From: Gemmatimonadota bacterium | GTDB lineage: Bacteria; Gemmatimonadota; Gemmatimonadetes; Palauibacterales; Palauibacteraceae | Assembly: GCA_039584685.1 (NCBI GenBank) | Contig: JBDGXI010000011.1 | Location: 1,950-65,949 of the forward strand | Direction of reading: 5' to 3' | Length of the DNA stretch: 64,000 nucleotides | Shown: piece by piece, positions 38,235 to 48,167 of the stretch | How the letters are laid out: the number at the start of each line of letters is the position of its first letter | Numbering within the stretch: the stretch's first letter is position 1 | Position numbers and translations under genes: made by a program | Notes under the pieces: generated by a model | Database searches by the model: none | The model's input: the letters and a program-made list of their open reading frames with translations, nothing else | Told to the model about the DNA's origin: nothing

Positions 38235-38569
38235 GACTCCGTGTTCTCCGCGGCGCCGACCTGGAACTCCGGAGCGGCTTTGCGATCGCGTACTTTTTCG
38301 CGACGGCTCTTGAGCTGTCGGGACAGTTTCTCGCACAGCTGATCCACGGCGGTACGGAAATCCCCCGCCTGTGCGCCGGCGTGGACACCCGTACCGCGCC
38401 GAATACTGACGTTGGCCTCTGCCAGGCAGCGTTTCTTCTCTTCCGACAGGGTCACTTCGATGCGGGAGACGTTGTCATCAAACCGGGTGAGCCGGTTGAA
38501 TCGATCCTCCATGTGCTCTCTCAGGCTCTCCGCGATTTCCACGTGCCTTCCAGAGATGATGATGTGCAT
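38231..38569 (-). CDS. hpf: Ribosome hibernation promoting factor / sigma-54 modulation protein (HPF/RaiA family)
   Basis: MHIIISGRHVEIAESLREHMEDRFNRLTRF is the HPF N-terminal pattern. 112 aa. GGAGGG precedes the ATG. Confidence 0.85.
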   Translation of the reverse strand: MHIIISGRHVEIAESLREHMEDRFNRLTRFDDNVSRIEVTLSEEKKRCLAEANVSIRRGTGVHAGAQAGDFRTAVDQLCEKLSRQLKSRREKVRDRKAAPEFQVGAAENTES

Positions 38570-38581
38570 CGAATCCCTCCT

Positions 38582-39694
38582 CTAGCGTGAAGCGGACATC
38601 CGCAAGATATCCTCCAACCCCTCTGTCGTCGCCTCCCAGGTGAACCGTCCGGCGTGCACCGCCGCCCGGGCTCCCAACCTGTCCCGCAGGTTCCGGTCCT
38701 CGACGAGTCGACGCAGCGCCCCGGCCCAGGCCTCCACGTTGTCGTGCGGAACCAGGAAACCCGTCTGGCCATCGAGAACCGACTCCCGGAGACCCGGTGA
38801 GTCGCTAGCCACCGACGGAGTCCCGCACGCCGCAGCCTCGACGTTGGTGATGCCCCAACCCTCCTTCGGCGACGGATAGACGTTGATCCAGGCAGAGCGG
38901 AGGATTTCGACCTTCTCCCCTTCTGAAACGAACCCTCGAAAAGCCACTCGGTTCCCCAACTCCAACTCGGTCGCCACGCGTTCGAGCCGAGCCTTGTCGT
39001 CACCCTGACCGACCACCAGGAAGTCTACGTCTATCCCCTCCGCCCGCAGCCGGGCCACGGCCCTCAGAACCAGGTCTATTCTCTTGTAACGTCGCAATCT
39101 TCCAACGTATGCGATCGTCGGCCCGGACGCGCGATCGGCACTGGAGGCCGGGGTGAATACGCTGTGGTCGATTCCGGGGTAGCTGACATGGATGCGGTCC
39201 CGAGGGAACCCTCGATCCTCCAGATCCGAAGCCGTGCTATCCGATATGACCACGAAATCCCGGTTCCTGTAGGCGGCCGGCATCAGGCGTTCTGCTGCCC
39301 ACACCGTCGCCGCCACCGGCAGGCTCTCCTGCTGGAACGCCGTAGATCCGAACAGGTGAGGCACCAGCCCGACCACCGGCATATTCGCCCAGAACGGCGT
39401 AAAAAGTGGAAGTTTGTTGATGTCCTCCACCAGGACGTCGAACGGTTTCTGTCCCTCCGTAACCGCTCGAAAGCCCTCACGAACATGGAGCGGAAAGGTG
39501 TAGCGACTGCCCCTGCGGACCACTCGCATACCGTCCACGACATCCTCGGCGGGTGATCCGTCCCATCCGGAGACCAGCAACGACACGTCGTGTCCCCTCG
39601 AGGCCAGTCTGCCGAAGATCTCGTGCAGGTGCACTTCGGCGCCCCCCGCCTCGGGGTTCAGCCGGTCCTGCCAGTTGACGACCAGAATGCGCAC
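38582..39694 (-). CDS. Glycosyltransferase family 4 (GT-B fold)
   Basis: MRILVVNWQDRLNPEAGGAEVHLHEI... N-terminal GT4 domain and C-terminal EGWGITNVEAAACGTPSVASDSPGLRESV (the EX7E-type motif region). 370 aa. Confidence 0.8.
   Translation of the reverse strand: MRILVVNWQDRLNPEAGGAEVHLHEIFGRLASRGHDVSLLVSGWDGSPAEDVVDGMRVVRRGSRYTFPLHVREGFRAVTEGQKPFDVLVEDINKLPLFTPFWANMPVVGLVPHLFGSTAFQQESLPVAATVWAAERLMPAAYRNRDFVVISDSTASDLEDRGFPRDRIHVSYPGIDHSVFTPASSADRASGPTIAYVGRLRRYKRIDLVLRAVARLRAEGIDVDFLVVGQGDDKARLERVATELELGNRVAFRGFVSEGEKVEILRSAWINVYPSPKEGWGITNVEAAACGTPSVASDSPGLRESVLDGQTGFLVPHDNVEAWAGALRRLVEDRNLRDRLGARAAVHAGRFTWEATTEGLEDILRMSASR
38604..38620 (-). promoter_or_regulatory. Candidate sigma-54 (-24/-12) promoter for the hpf-hprK-PTS operon, located inside the 3' end of the glycosyltransferase gene
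   Basis: Minus strand TTGGAGGATATCTTGCG has GG and GC spaced 10 nt apart as in the TGGCAC-N5-TTGCW consensus, about 35 nt upstream of the hpf ATG. hpf/ptsN/hprK are classically rpoN-linked. Match is imperfect (CAC replaced by AGG). Confidence 0.3.
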
Positions 39695-39709
39695 GGTAAT
39701 CCGGTCGCT

Positions 39710-40132
39710 TCAGGAGCTCGAGATCTGTCGCCCTACGGCATCGAGCACGCCGTTGACGAACCCCGGACTGTCGTCACTGCCATACCTCTCCGCGAGGCGG
39801 ATGGCCTCGTGGATCGCGACACGGTGCGGAACGTCCTCCATCGCCATCATTTCGATCGTGCCGATCCGGAGGATGTTTCGGTCGATCGCCGAGAGGCGAT
39901 CCAGCCTCCAGTTCGGCATGCTCGCCTCGATACGCCTGTCGCATTCGGGTAGGCCCAGATCCAACGCCGAGAGCAATTCATCGATATAGGGGCGATAGCG
40001 GAGGCTGACGATTCTACCCTGCAGCGCCTGTCGAGCCCATTCGCGGATCGATCCGTCGCCCGCCATGTCCCAACCATACATGACCTGGAGCACCCAGCTC
40101 CGAGCCCTGGACCTGGGATTCGCCGACCTCAT
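39710..40132 (-). CDS. nusB: Transcription antitermination factor NusB
   Basis: MRSANPRSRARSWVLQVMYGWDM (compare E. coli ARRRARECAVQALYSW) ... AIHEAIRLAERYGSDDSPGFVNGVLDAV. The ATG overlaps the ribH stop (ATGA). The ORF track starts 8 codons earlier. Confidence 0.8.
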   Translation of the reverse strand: MRSANPRSRARSWVLQVMYGWDMAGDGSIREWARQALQGRIVSLRYRPYIDELLSALDLGLPECDRRIEASMPNWRLDRLSAIDRNILRIGTIEMMAMEDVPHRVAIHEAIRLAERYGSDDSPGFVNGVLDAVGRQISSS

Positions 40133-40593
40133 CCGAGCCGCGCGACCAGATCGCACATCTGGAGCACCGCGAGCGCTGCCTCCTCGCCCTTGTCCCCCTT
40201 CTCCCCTCCTGCCCGCGCCAGGGCCTGATCTCCGTCATCCGTCGTCAGAAGTCCGAAACCGACCGGCACGGCCGATTCGCGGGCGAGCGCCTCGAGACCG
40301 ACGGTCGCACCCATCGACACATACTCGAAATGCGAGGTCTCACCCCGGATCACACACCCCAGCGCCAGGATTCCGTCGTAGGCAGCGTGCGCCAGAGCCA
40401 GGCGGACTCCCAGAGGCAACTCCCACGCACCCGGAACGTGCAGGACGTCGATGTCGGCAGGCAGAACACCGGAGGACTCAAGACACCGCCGCGCACCCTC
40501 TTCGAGGCGACGCGTGACCGGCTCGTTGAAGCGACTCACGACCAGGCAGAGCCGCAGGCCCTGCCTCCGTGTCGGGCCCTCTGACGCGGACAT
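40129..40593 (-). CDS. ribH: 6,7-dimethyl-8-ribityllumazine synthase
   Basis: LRLCLVVSRFNEPVTRRL ... VLHVPGAWELP ... GCVIRGETSHFEYV are the lumazine synthase motifs. 154 aa. Confidence 0.85.
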   Translation of the reverse strand: MSASEGPTRRQGLRLCLVVSRFNEPVTRRLEEGARRCLESSGVLPADIDVLHVPGAWELPLGVRLALAHAAYDGILALGCVIRGETSHFEYVSMGATVGLEALARESAVPVGFGLLTTDDGDQALARAGGEKGDKGEEAALAVLQMCDLVARLG

Positions 40594-41810
40594 CAGGACT
40601 CGAGTAGATGGCCCAGCTTGTCTCGCTTGGCCTCGAGGTACTCGTGATTCAGATCCGTCGCCGTGACCTCGAGCGGAACCCGGTCCGTGATTTCGAGTCC
40701 AAAGCCCTCCAGGCCGGTGAGCTTCTTCGGATTGTTCGTCATGGCCCGGATCTTCTTGAGGCCCAGATCGAGAAGGATCTGGGCTCCGATCCCGTAGTTC
40801 CTCAGGTCGGGGGGGAACCCGAGGAGTTCGTTTGCCTCAACCGTGTCGTGTCCCCGGTCCTGCAACTCGTACGCACGCAGCTTGTTCAGCAGGCCTATGC
40901 CACGGCCCTCCTGGTCGAGGTAGACGATCACGCCGCACCCTTCCTCCGACACGTGCCGCAGCGCTGCCTCGAGCTGCGGGCCACAATCGCAGCGACCGGA
41001 ACCGAACACATCTCCCGTCAGACACTTCGAGTGCACTCGAACCAGGACGTCATCCGCTCCCGCCACCTCGCCGAGCACGAGTGCGATGTGCTCCCTGTCG
41101 TCCACGAGATTCGAATACCCCACCACCCTGAACTCGCCGTACCGGGTCGGGAGGGTAGCCTCCGCCACCCGGCCCACCAGGCGCTCGTTCTTGAGGCGGT
41201 AGGAGATGATCTGAGCCACCGTGATGAAGGGCAGGCCGTGCGCGGCAGAGAACTTCTCGAGTTCCGGGCGCCGGGCCATGGTTCCGTCTTCGTTGAGGAT
41301 CTCGCAGATCACTCCCGCCGGTACAAGTCCGGCCAATCTGGCGAGATCCATCGACGCCTCCGTCTGGCCCACCCGCTGCAGTACTCCCCCCACCTTGGCG
41401 CGCAGCGGGAAGATGTGCCCCGGACGAATGAGATCGGACGGCTTGGCATCTTCCGACACGGCGACCTGGATCGTCCGCGCCCTGTCACCCGCCGAGATGC
41501 CCGTCGAGACACCGAGCTCCGGAGTGGCGTCGATCGACACCGTAAACGCTGTCCCGTTGGGATCGTGCCCGCGCCCGTCCGACATCAGGGGCAGGTCCAG
41601 GCGATCGGCGATCTCGGCCGACAGCGTCAGGCAGACGAGCCCGCGCCCGTGCGTCGCCATGAAATTGATGATCTCCGGCGTGACGAGCTCGGCCGCGCAC
41701 ACCAGGTCGCCTTCGTTCTCTCGATCCTCGTCATCGGCCACGATCACGAGACCGCCCGCCCGAATGACTTCTATGGCCTCACGAACCTGCTTATCGTCAG
41801 TGGACAACAC
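40593..41810 (-). CDS. ribBA: Bifunctional 3,4-dihydroxy-2-butanone-4-phosphate synthase / GTP cyclohydrolase II
   Basis: The N-terminal DHBP synthase ([16 protein letters not shown]) and C-terminal GTP cyclohydrolase II ([11 protein letters not shown]..., [10 protein letters not shown]) are both present. 405 aa. Confidence 0.9.
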   Translation of the reverse strand: MLSTDDKQVREAIEVIRAGGLVIVADDEDRENEGDLVCAAELVTPEIINFMATHGRGLVCLTLSAEIADRLDLPLMSDGRGHDPNGTAFTVSIDATPELGVSTGISAGDRARTIQVAVSEDAKPSDLIRPGHIFPLRAKVGGVLQRVGQTEASMDLARLAGLVPAGVICEILNEDGTMARRPELEKFSAAHGLPFITVAQIISYRLKNERLVGRVAEATLPTRYGEFRVVGYSNLVDDREHIALVLGEVAGADDVLVRVHSKCLTGDVFGSGRCDCGPQLEAALRHVSEEGCGVIVYLDQEGRGIGLLNKLRAYELQDRGHDTVEANELLGFPPDLRNYGIGAQILLDLGLKKIRAMTNNPKKLTGLEGFGLEITDRVPLEVTATDLNHEYLEAKRDKLGHLLES

Positions 41811-41837
41811 CGTACGACCCCCCTCCGGGTTGAGCGC

Positions 41838-42446
41838 TCAGACCGTTCCACCTTCGCGATACGGACGCAGCAGTTGATCCACGTACTTTCCCACGAGATC
41901 CGCCTCCAGGTTCACGCGCGATCCCGCGCTGAGGCGACCGACGTTGGTATGATCCCATGTATACGGAATGATCGCGACTTCCGCGACGTCCTGAAAGAGC
42001 CGGTTCACCGTGAGACTGATGCCATCCATGGCGATCGAGCCGTATAGCACTGTAAGACGGGCTACTTCTTCCGGCATCTGGAACCGGAGGAATACCGTTT
42101 CTCCCGCCTTTTCGACCTCGACCATCACGCCGACGCCGTCGACGTGCCCCTGCACGAGGTGTCCTCCCATTGGCTCGCCGGCGCGGATGGCCCTTTCCAA
42201 ATTGGCGTCCCGACCGCGGACGAACTCTCCGAGCGTAGTCCGCGACAGGGTGGTCCGTATCGATTCGAACGAGAATTCCTCTGCGTCGATATCGAAGACG
42301 GTGTGGCAGACACCATCGATCGACAGGCTGTCCCCCTCCGCCAGTGCGCCGGCGAGCTCCGGGGCACTGAGGCGGAATCTGACCCCTTCGTCGAACTCCT
42401 CGCGACGGATCACACGTCCCATTGTCTCCACCAACCCGGTGAACAT
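41838..42446 (-). CDS. ribE: Riboflavin synthase alpha subunit (ribE in B. subtilis nomenclature, ribC in E. coli)
   Basis: MFTGLVETMGRV ... two lumazine-binding repeats (GDSLSIDGVCHTV / GSIAMDGISLTV). 202 aa. Confidence 0.85.
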   Translation of the reverse strand: MFTGLVETMGRVIRREEFDEGVRFRLSAPELAGALAEGDSLSIDGVCHTVFDIDAEEFSFESIRTTLSRTTLGEFVRGRDANLERAIRAGEPMGGHLVQGHVDGVGVMVEVEKAGETVFLRFQMPEEVARLTVLYGSIAMDGISLTVNRLFQDVAEVAIIPYTWDHTNVGRLSAGSRVNLEADLVGKYVDQLLRPYREGGTV

Positions 42447-43576
42447 CAGGCAGCCTCCGTTAGCACTTCGCGTGCTCGTCGATCCTCCAGCTCGAGGAGG
42501 GAATCCTCTCCCAGTGCACCGCGCCGCACGACGCTCCAGTCGAACGAGTCCTCGTCCACGTCGGATCCGATGAAGGGCACGCCCTGCGGACCGAGGACGA
42601 TGGGCGCGTAGATCAAGTACTGTCTACGGACCAGGCCGGCGGCGAGAAGGCTGCCGGCCAGCCTCCCTCCCCCCTCTGCCATGATGGAGCGAAGCCCACG
42701 TTCGCCCAGCTCCTGCAACACCGCACCCAGAGCCAGACCTTCGCCGGCCCCCCGAACCGCTACTACCTCCACTCCCCGCTTCTCCAGCGACGTTCGGCGC
42801 GCGGCCGGTGCGTCCTCACTACAGAATACCACCACGGGAGCCTCGTCCACGGTACCGGCCAACCGGCAATCGGGAGACAGCTCCAGCTCCGGATCGAGGA
42901 CCACCCGTGTCGGAGGCAACCGCGGGCTCGGAGCCAGACGAACCGTGAGCAGGGGGTCGTCCACCACGGCCGTTCTCCCTCCGACCATGATCGCGTCGTG
43001 GCCGGCCCTCAGCCTATGAACGAATTCCGCAGCCTCGGGCCCCGTGATGTCCGTGCGCATGCCCGCGCGCGCCGAGATTCGGCCATCCAGCGACAGTCCG
43101 AGTTTCAGGGACACCCAGGGACCGAGGCCAAGCCTGTCCCAGATGAACGGCCCGTTGAGGCGGGCGGCCGCCGCGCCTCGAACTCCGCCAACCACTTCGA
43201 GACCCGCCCCCGTGAGGTACTCGCTCCCCCCTGCCGCGAGCTGATCGGGGTCCCTGCAACCGTACACGACACGGCGGATTCCAGCCTGTTGGATCGCCTG
43301 GGTGCACGGGGGCGTCGCACCGCGGTGAGCACACGGCTCCAGGTTGACGTACAGGGTCGCGCCAGCCGCGGCCTCGCCCGCCTCCTCGAGCGCGACGGCC
43401 TCGGCGTGCGCCGTTCCGTAGCGAGCATGGCAGCCTTCGCCGATCACACGCTCCCCGGACACGACCACGGCACCCACCAGCGGATTGGGGGACACCTGCC
43501 CCCAACCCTCGAGCGCGAGCGTGAGAGCTCGATCCATGAAATCCCCGTCCGATCCCGTGGGAGCTCCTCGTGTCAT
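42446..43576 (-). CDS. ribD: Riboflavin biosynthesis protein RibD (diaminohydroxyphosphoribosylaminopyrimidine deaminase / 5-amino-6-(5-phosphoribosylamino)uracil reductase)
   Basis: Deaminase HAEAVALEEAG ... PCAHRGATPPC (zinc ligands), then the reductase domain. ATG at 43576 overlaps the purM TGA (ATGA). The ORF-track 73-aa N-terminal extension is an artefact. Confidence 0.85.
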   Translation of the reverse strand: MTRGAPTGSDGDFMDRALTLALEGWGQVSPNPLVGAVVVSGERVIGEGCHARYGTAHAEAVALEEAGEAAAGATLYVNLEPCAHRGATPPCTQAIQQAGIRRVVYGCRDPDQLAAGGSEYLTGAGLEVVGGVRGAAAARLNGPFIWDRLGLGPWVSLKLGLSLDGRISARAGMRTDITGPEAAEFVHRLRAGHDAIMVGGRTAVVDDPLLTVRLAPSPRLPPTRVVLDPELELSPDCRLAGTVDEAPVVVFCSEDAPAARRTSLEKRGVEVVAVRGAGEGLALGAVLQELGERGLRSIMAEGGGRLAGSLLAAGLVRRQYLIYAPIVLGPQGVPFIGSDVDEDSFDWSVVRRGALGEDSLLELEDRRAREVLTEAA

Positions 43577-44610
43577 GCGATCCGCTCCAGAATCACTCGA
43601 CCGGCTCCGATCGTGACTTCGCCGCACACGAAAGCGTCCACCCCCGCTCCCCCGAGCTCCCGAAGGACGCTCGCCACCTGAGAGGCCGATACGACCACGA
43701 TCATGCCGACGCCCATGTTGAAGGTGGCGTACAGATCCTCGGGCTCCAGTCCGCTTTCGCTCGCCAGCAGGTCGAATACTGGCCCCGGCGCCCAAGCCGC
43801 TGCGTCCACACGGGCGTCACAGTCAGGCGGCAGGACCCTCGAGAGATTGCCCGGAATGCCTCCCCCTGTGATGTGAGCGATGGCCCGGATCGCGCCCCTC
43901 TCACACGGGACGGTGAGCGCGGCCAGATAGGAGCGATGGACCCTGAGCAGGACGTTTGCGACCGACTCGTCCGCCCCCGGATACTCGTCCTCGACATCGA
44001 GCCCCAGCCGGTCGAACAGGATGGCGCGTGCCAGGCTGTAGCCGTTGGTGTGCAGGCCCGAGGAAGGAAGCGCGATCAGTACATCTCCAGCCGAAACCGC
44101 CAGCCGCCCCGGAACCGGAAGCGTGACGCGGCCGACGATGAAGCCGGCGAGATCGTAGTCTCCGGGTTCGTACATGCCCGGCATCTCTGCAGTCTCCCCG
44201 CCCAACAGGGCGCAACCATTTGCACGACACCCGCGCGCAATACCGGAGATGACGTCGTACGCCACATCCGCCTCGAGACGTCCACAGGCGAAGTAGTCGA
44301 GGAACACCAGCGGCACCGCACCTTCGGCGAGGATATCGTTGACGCAGTGGTTGACCAGATCCTCTCCGACGGTGTCGTGTCGATCCGCCATCCTGGCAAC
44401 CAGCACCTTGGTCCCCACCCCGTCCGCGCTCGCGACCAGCTCCGGATCGCCCTCGAGCTTGAACCGACCGCCGAAGGAGCCGAATGCACCTCGGACCGCA
44501 TCCGATCGTGTGGAGGCAACGAGATCGGCAAGGCGTCTCGTGAGACCTTCAGCGGCTGCGATGTCCACACCAGCGTCCGCATAGCTGAACTGATCCTGTC
44601 CGGACTTCAC
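43573..44610 (-). CDS. purM: Phosphoribosylformylglycinamidine cyclo-ligase (AIR synthetase)
   Basis: SYADAGVDIAAAEGL ... GGFGGRFKL ... DGVGTKVLVA ... HITGGGIPGN. 345 aa. Confidence 0.9.
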   Translation of the reverse strand: MKSGQDQFSYADAGVDIAAAEGLTRRLADLVASTRSDAVRGAFGSFGGRFKLEGDPELVASADGVGTKVLVARMADRHDTVGEDLVNHCVNDILAEGAVPLVFLDYFACGRLEADVAYDVISGIARGCRANGCALLGGETAEMPGMYEPGDYDLAGFIVGRVTLPVPGRLAVSAGDVLIALPSSGLHTNGYSLARAILFDRLGLDVEDEYPGADESVANVLLRVHRSYLAALTVPCERGAIRAIAHITGGGIPGNLSRVLPPDCDARVDAAAWAPGPVFDLLASESGLEPEDLYATFNMGVGMIVVVSASQVASVLRELGGAGVDAFVCGEVTIGAGRVILERIA

Positions 44611-46310
44611 TCGCTCTCTCTTTCGAGCCTCTCCGGCACCGAGATCCCGAGCAGTCTCAGGCCCGAGCCCAGGGTAAGCTGGACGGCCCGCGCCAGGGCC
44701 AGTCGAGCAGGACGGCTCGGCCCGTCGGCCAACACCCGGCGCTGGGGATCGAGGTTCCCTTCGTGGTACCAGGCGTTTACGGCACCGGCCAACTCTTCGA
44801 GATAGTTGCAGATCTGGTACGGTGCCCTCGAGCGCGCCGCCGCTCGCACACGTTCCGGAAACCGCAACACCGCCAACAGCACCTGGCGCTCGGTTCCGGA
44901 ATCAAGCAGAGACAGATCGGCATCGGCTGGACTGATTCCGTCCGGGTCGACCTGTCCTCGTCGGAACACACTGCACATCCGGGCATGGGCGTACTGCACC
45001 TTGTACACCGGATTCGCATCGGAAGTGTCCAGGGCGAGGTCGAGGTCGAAGGTCATCGGCACTTCCGCGCGGCGCATGAGGAAGAAGTAGCGAGCCACGT
45101 CCGGCCCGGTCTCCTCGACGAGATCACGCAGGGTCACGAAATGCCCGGCGCGCTTCGACATCCTCACTTCCTCTCCACCCCGCATCACCGTCACCAGCTG
45201 GATCAACAGGACTTCGAGGAACCCATCCGCCAGGCCCATGGAGCTCAGCGCCGCCTGCATCCGGGGAACGTGCCCGTGGTGATCCGCACCCCACACGTCG
45301 ATGGCCCGGTCGAACCCGCGGGACGCCTTGTCGAGGTGATAGGCGATATCTGATACGAAGTACGTGTGTGATCCGTCGCTCTTGACCAGGACCCGGTCCT
45401 TCTCGTCGCCCAGATCCGCTGTCCGGAACCAGAGAGCTCCTTCGTCCCGATACGCCCTCCCGGAGAGGGTAAGGCGGTCGAGCAGGCCCTCGACGTTACC
45501 GGCCGAGAACAGTGACGACTCGTCGAACCACTCATCCATGTGGACACCAAACTCGGCCAGGTCTCTTTCCTGCTCCGCCTTCAGCAGCGCCGCGGCCCGC
45601 TCACTGAACAGGCGCAGGCGAGCCGGACGATCCATCGCTGAGAGTTCAGCATCCCCCAGCTCCTCGGCCAGGCCTCCCGCGATATCCCTGATGTAGTCTC
45701 CCTGGTAGCCTCCCTGAGGCATCTCCAGATCCTCACCTGCCGCCTCTCGCCATCGGGTGTCGACCGACTCTCCGAGCAGCTCGATCTGCCGCCCGGCATC
45801 GTTGACGTAGAATTCCCGGGTGACCTCGTGTCCGGTCCACTCCAGCAGTGAGGCCGAGGCATCCCCGATCGCCGCGCCCCTCCCGTGCGCCACGTGAAGC
45901 GGCCCCGTGGGATTGGCCGACACGAACTCCACGATGTACCGGAGAGGGTTCTCCGCCGCCGAGCGGCCCCACTCCGGGCCCTGCTCCAGGACCGATCGAA
46001 GACCGTCCCGCAGCACCCCATCAGATAGACTGAAATTGAGAAAGCCCGGTCCCGCCACGACCGGCGCTGAAATCCCGGTCGCCGAGAGGTCCACTCGTTC
46101 CGCGAGCTCTACCGCCAGGTCTCTTGGCGGACGGCCCAGGCGTCCCGAAAGCACCAGGGCAGCGTTGGATGCGAAATCGCCGTGCGACGGGTCCGCCGGC
46201 TGCTCCACCTGGGGTAGAAAGTCCTCCGGGGCGCCCATGGCGAGGGCTGCCTCCCGGAGAGCCTCGGCGAGGGCCCGGGCAGGAGCGCTTCGGATGTCAG
46301 TCGCCGCCAT
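44607..46310 (-). CDS. argS: Arginine--tRNA ligase
   Basis: Class I aaRS with HVAHGRGAAIGD (HIGH-like) and the C-terminal DALR anticodon-binding domain. ATG at 46310 (MAATDIRS). The ATGA overlaps purM. 567 aa. Confidence 0.85.
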   Translation of the reverse strand: MAATDIRSAPARALAEALREAALAMGAPEDFLPQVEQPADPSHGDFASNAALVLSGRLGRPPRDLAVELAERVDLSATGISAPVVAGPGFLNFSLSDGVLRDGLRSVLEQGPEWGRSAAENPLRYIVEFVSANPTGPLHVAHGRGAAIGDASASLLEWTGHEVTREFYVNDAGRQIELLGESVDTRWREAAGEDLEMPQGGYQGDYIRDIAGGLAEELGDAELSAMDRPARLRLFSERAAALLKAEQERDLAEFGVHMDEWFDESSLFSAGNVEGLLDRLTLSGRAYRDEGALWFRTADLGDEKDRVLVKSDGSHTYFVSDIAYHLDKASRGFDRAIDVWGADHHGHVPRMQAALSSMGLADGFLEVLLIQLVTVMRGGEEVRMSKRAGHFVTLRDLVEETGPDVARYFFLMRRAEVPMTFDLDLALDTSDANPVYKVQYAHARMCSVFRRGQVDPDGISPADADLSLLDSGTERQVLLAVLRFPERVRAAARSRAPYQICNYLEELAGAVNAWYHEGNLDPQRRVLADGPSRPARLALARAVQLTLGSGLRLLGISVPERLERESE

Positions 46311-46572
46311 CTTGGCTGCCCTTTCCGGATTCGCTCGCGCCGGTACCACTGGAGCCCTTTCCGCCGGAGTCCTTCTTCCCACCACCGGCGCCGCTCCGAT
46401 AGTCGGTGGCATAGAACCCGGGTCCCTTGAATACGAGCCCGCCCCCGCTGGAAATGAGACGCCTGACCTTCCCTCCGCATTCAGGGCATTCCGCTATCGG
46501 ATCTTCGTTGATCCCCTGGAACCTCTCGAACGCGTGGCTGCAGTCCCTGCACTCGTATTCGTACGTCGGCAT
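46297..46572 (-). CDS. FmdB-family zinc-ribbon protein
   Basis: MPTYEYECRDCSHAFE...CPECGG is the FmdB/CxxC_CxxC_SSSS signature, with a Gly/Ser/Lys-rich tail. Confidence 0.65.
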   Translation of the reverse strand: MPTYEYECRDCSHAFERFQGINEDPIAECPECGGKVRRLISSGGGLVFKGPGFYATDYRSGAGGGKKDSGGKGSSGTGASESGKGSQDGGD

Positions 46573-46598
46573 GAGTTCCTTTCCGCCGCGATCCCGGC

Positions 46599-48164
46599 TC
46601 AAACAGGCCGGTACGTTCCCCACAACTGCTCCAGGCGATGACTGATCTCGCCCAGGGTGGCCCTGACTTTGACCGCTTCGATCATGGCAGGCAAGAGGTT
46701 TGCCCCCTCCGTCGCCACTCGCGTCAATTCGTCCAACGTGCGCTCGACGACGTCCGAATCACGCGCTTCGCGAACCTCATCGAGGCGCCGTTGCTGCGAT
46801 CGCTGCAAATAGGCGAAATCGGGGAGCGCCAGCGGGATCGCCGGCTCGTCGTCCTGGTAGACGTTCACGCCGACAACACCCGCTTCACCGCTCTCGACTT
46901 CGAGCTGCCACGCGTAGGCGGATCGGTGGATCTCCTCCGTCATGAAGGGGACCGCAGCGGCGGCCCCTCCCGCCTCCTCGATCGTCTCCAGATAGCCGCG
47001 CGCGAGCTCTTCGAGCTCGTCCGTGAGGCTCTCCACGTAGTACGAGCCCGCAAGCGGGTCCACCGTGTCCCGGACTCCCGATTCCATTGCCAGAACCTGC
47101 TGCGTGCGGAGGGCCAGTCGGGCTGCCTCGGCTCCGGGCAACGCCAGAGCCTCATCGAAGCTGTTGGTATGCAACGACTGAGTCCCGCCCAGGACCGCCG
47201 CCAGTGCCTGGACGGTTACGCGAACCACGTTGTTCAGCGGCTGCTGCGCGGTGAGCGTAGACCCGCCTGTCTGCGTGTGAAACCGGAGGCGACAACTCCG
47301 ATCCGAACCGCCGAATTCCTCGCGCATGAGCCGCCCCCACAGTCTCCTCGCGGCCCTGAACTTCGCCGCTTCCTCGAACAGATTGTTGTGAGCGGCGAAG
47401 AAGAAGCTCAGCCGGGGTGCGAACTCATCCACCGATAGTCCCGTGGCGATCGCACGGCGCACGTATTCCCGGCCGTTGGCAAGCGTGAAGGCGATCTCCT
47501 GGGCGGCCGTAGCCCCGGCCTCGCGCATGTGATAGCCGCTGATCGAGATGCTGTTCCAGCGGGGCAGCTCCTGGGAGCAGTAGGCAAAGATGTCGGTGAC
47601 GAGACGAAGACTCGGCTCGATCGGGTAGATGTACGTGCCTCTGGCGATGAACTCCTTGAGCATGTCGTTCTGGACGGTCCCGGAGAGACTGGAGCGGGGC
47701 ACGCCGTACCCGTCTGCCACGGCTACGTACATGGCCAGCAGAATGGCCGCCGTCGCGTTGATCGTCATGGACGTCGATACGCGCTCCAGCGGAATGCCCG
47801 AGAAGAGTCGCTCTAGGTCATCGAGCGTGTCGATCGCCACGCCCACACGGCCGACTTCCCCTTCAGCCCGAGGGTCGTCCGAGTCCATCCCCATCTGGGT
47901 CGGCAGATCGAACGCCACGGACAGCCCCGTCTGTCCGGAGTCGAGAAGATACCGGAAGCGCTCGTTCGTCTCTTCGGCCGTTCCGAAACCCGCGTATTGC
48001 CGCATGGTCCATGGGCGGCCCCGGTACATGTCGGCGTACACTCCGCGTGTGAACGGCCACTGACCGGGTTCTCCCGGCCCCGGGTCCCGTCCTCCATCAC
48101 CGGAGTGGTAGACGCGCCGGATGTGGATGCCCGAGGTCGTGCGGGGGCCCCTCTCATCGGACAT
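46599..48164 (-). CDS. Methylmalonyl-CoA mutase-family catalytic (large) subunit without the C-terminal B12-binding domain
   Basis: 521 aa covering the (beta/alpha)8 substrate-binding barrel ([24 protein letters not shown]...[21 protein letters not shown]...), ending before any DxHxxG cobalamin-binding module. Confidence 0.8.
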   Translation of the reverse strand: MSDERGPRTTSGIHIRRVYHSGDGGRDPGPGEPGQWPFTRGVYADMYRGRPWTMRQYAGFGTAEETNERFRYLLDSGQTGLSVAFDLPTQMGMDSDDPRAEGEVGRVGVAIDTLDDLERLFSGIPLERVSTSMTINATAAILLAMYVAVADGYGVPRSSLSGTVQNDMLKEFIARGTYIYPIEPSLRLVTDIFAYCSQELPRWNSISISGYHMREAGATAAQEIAFTLANGREYVRRAIATGLSVDEFAPRLSFFFAAHNNLFEEAAKFRAARRLWGRLMREEFGGSDRSCRLRFHTQTGGSTLTAQQPLNNVVRVTVQALAAVLGGTQSLHTNSFDEALALPGAEAARLALRTQQVLAMESGVRDTVDPLAGSYYVESLTDELEELARGYLETIEEAGGAAAAVPFMTEEIHRSAYAWQLEVESGEAGVVGVNVYQDDEPAIPLALPDFAYLQRSQQRRLDEVREARDSDVVERTLDELTRVATEGANLLPAMIEAVKVRATLGEISHRLEQLWGTYRPV

Positions 48165-48167
48165 GGC

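Noticed and set aside
40128-40157. One-nucleotide disagreement between coordinates hand-derived from the printed sequence and the ORF-track coordinates for the ribH stop and nusB start
   Set aside because: Other anchor points (arsA, hpf, selB, ribD, argS, rlmD, mlaE, ptsN) agree exactly. This is treated as a local transcription or reading slip, not a biological feature, and ORF-track coordinates are used there.
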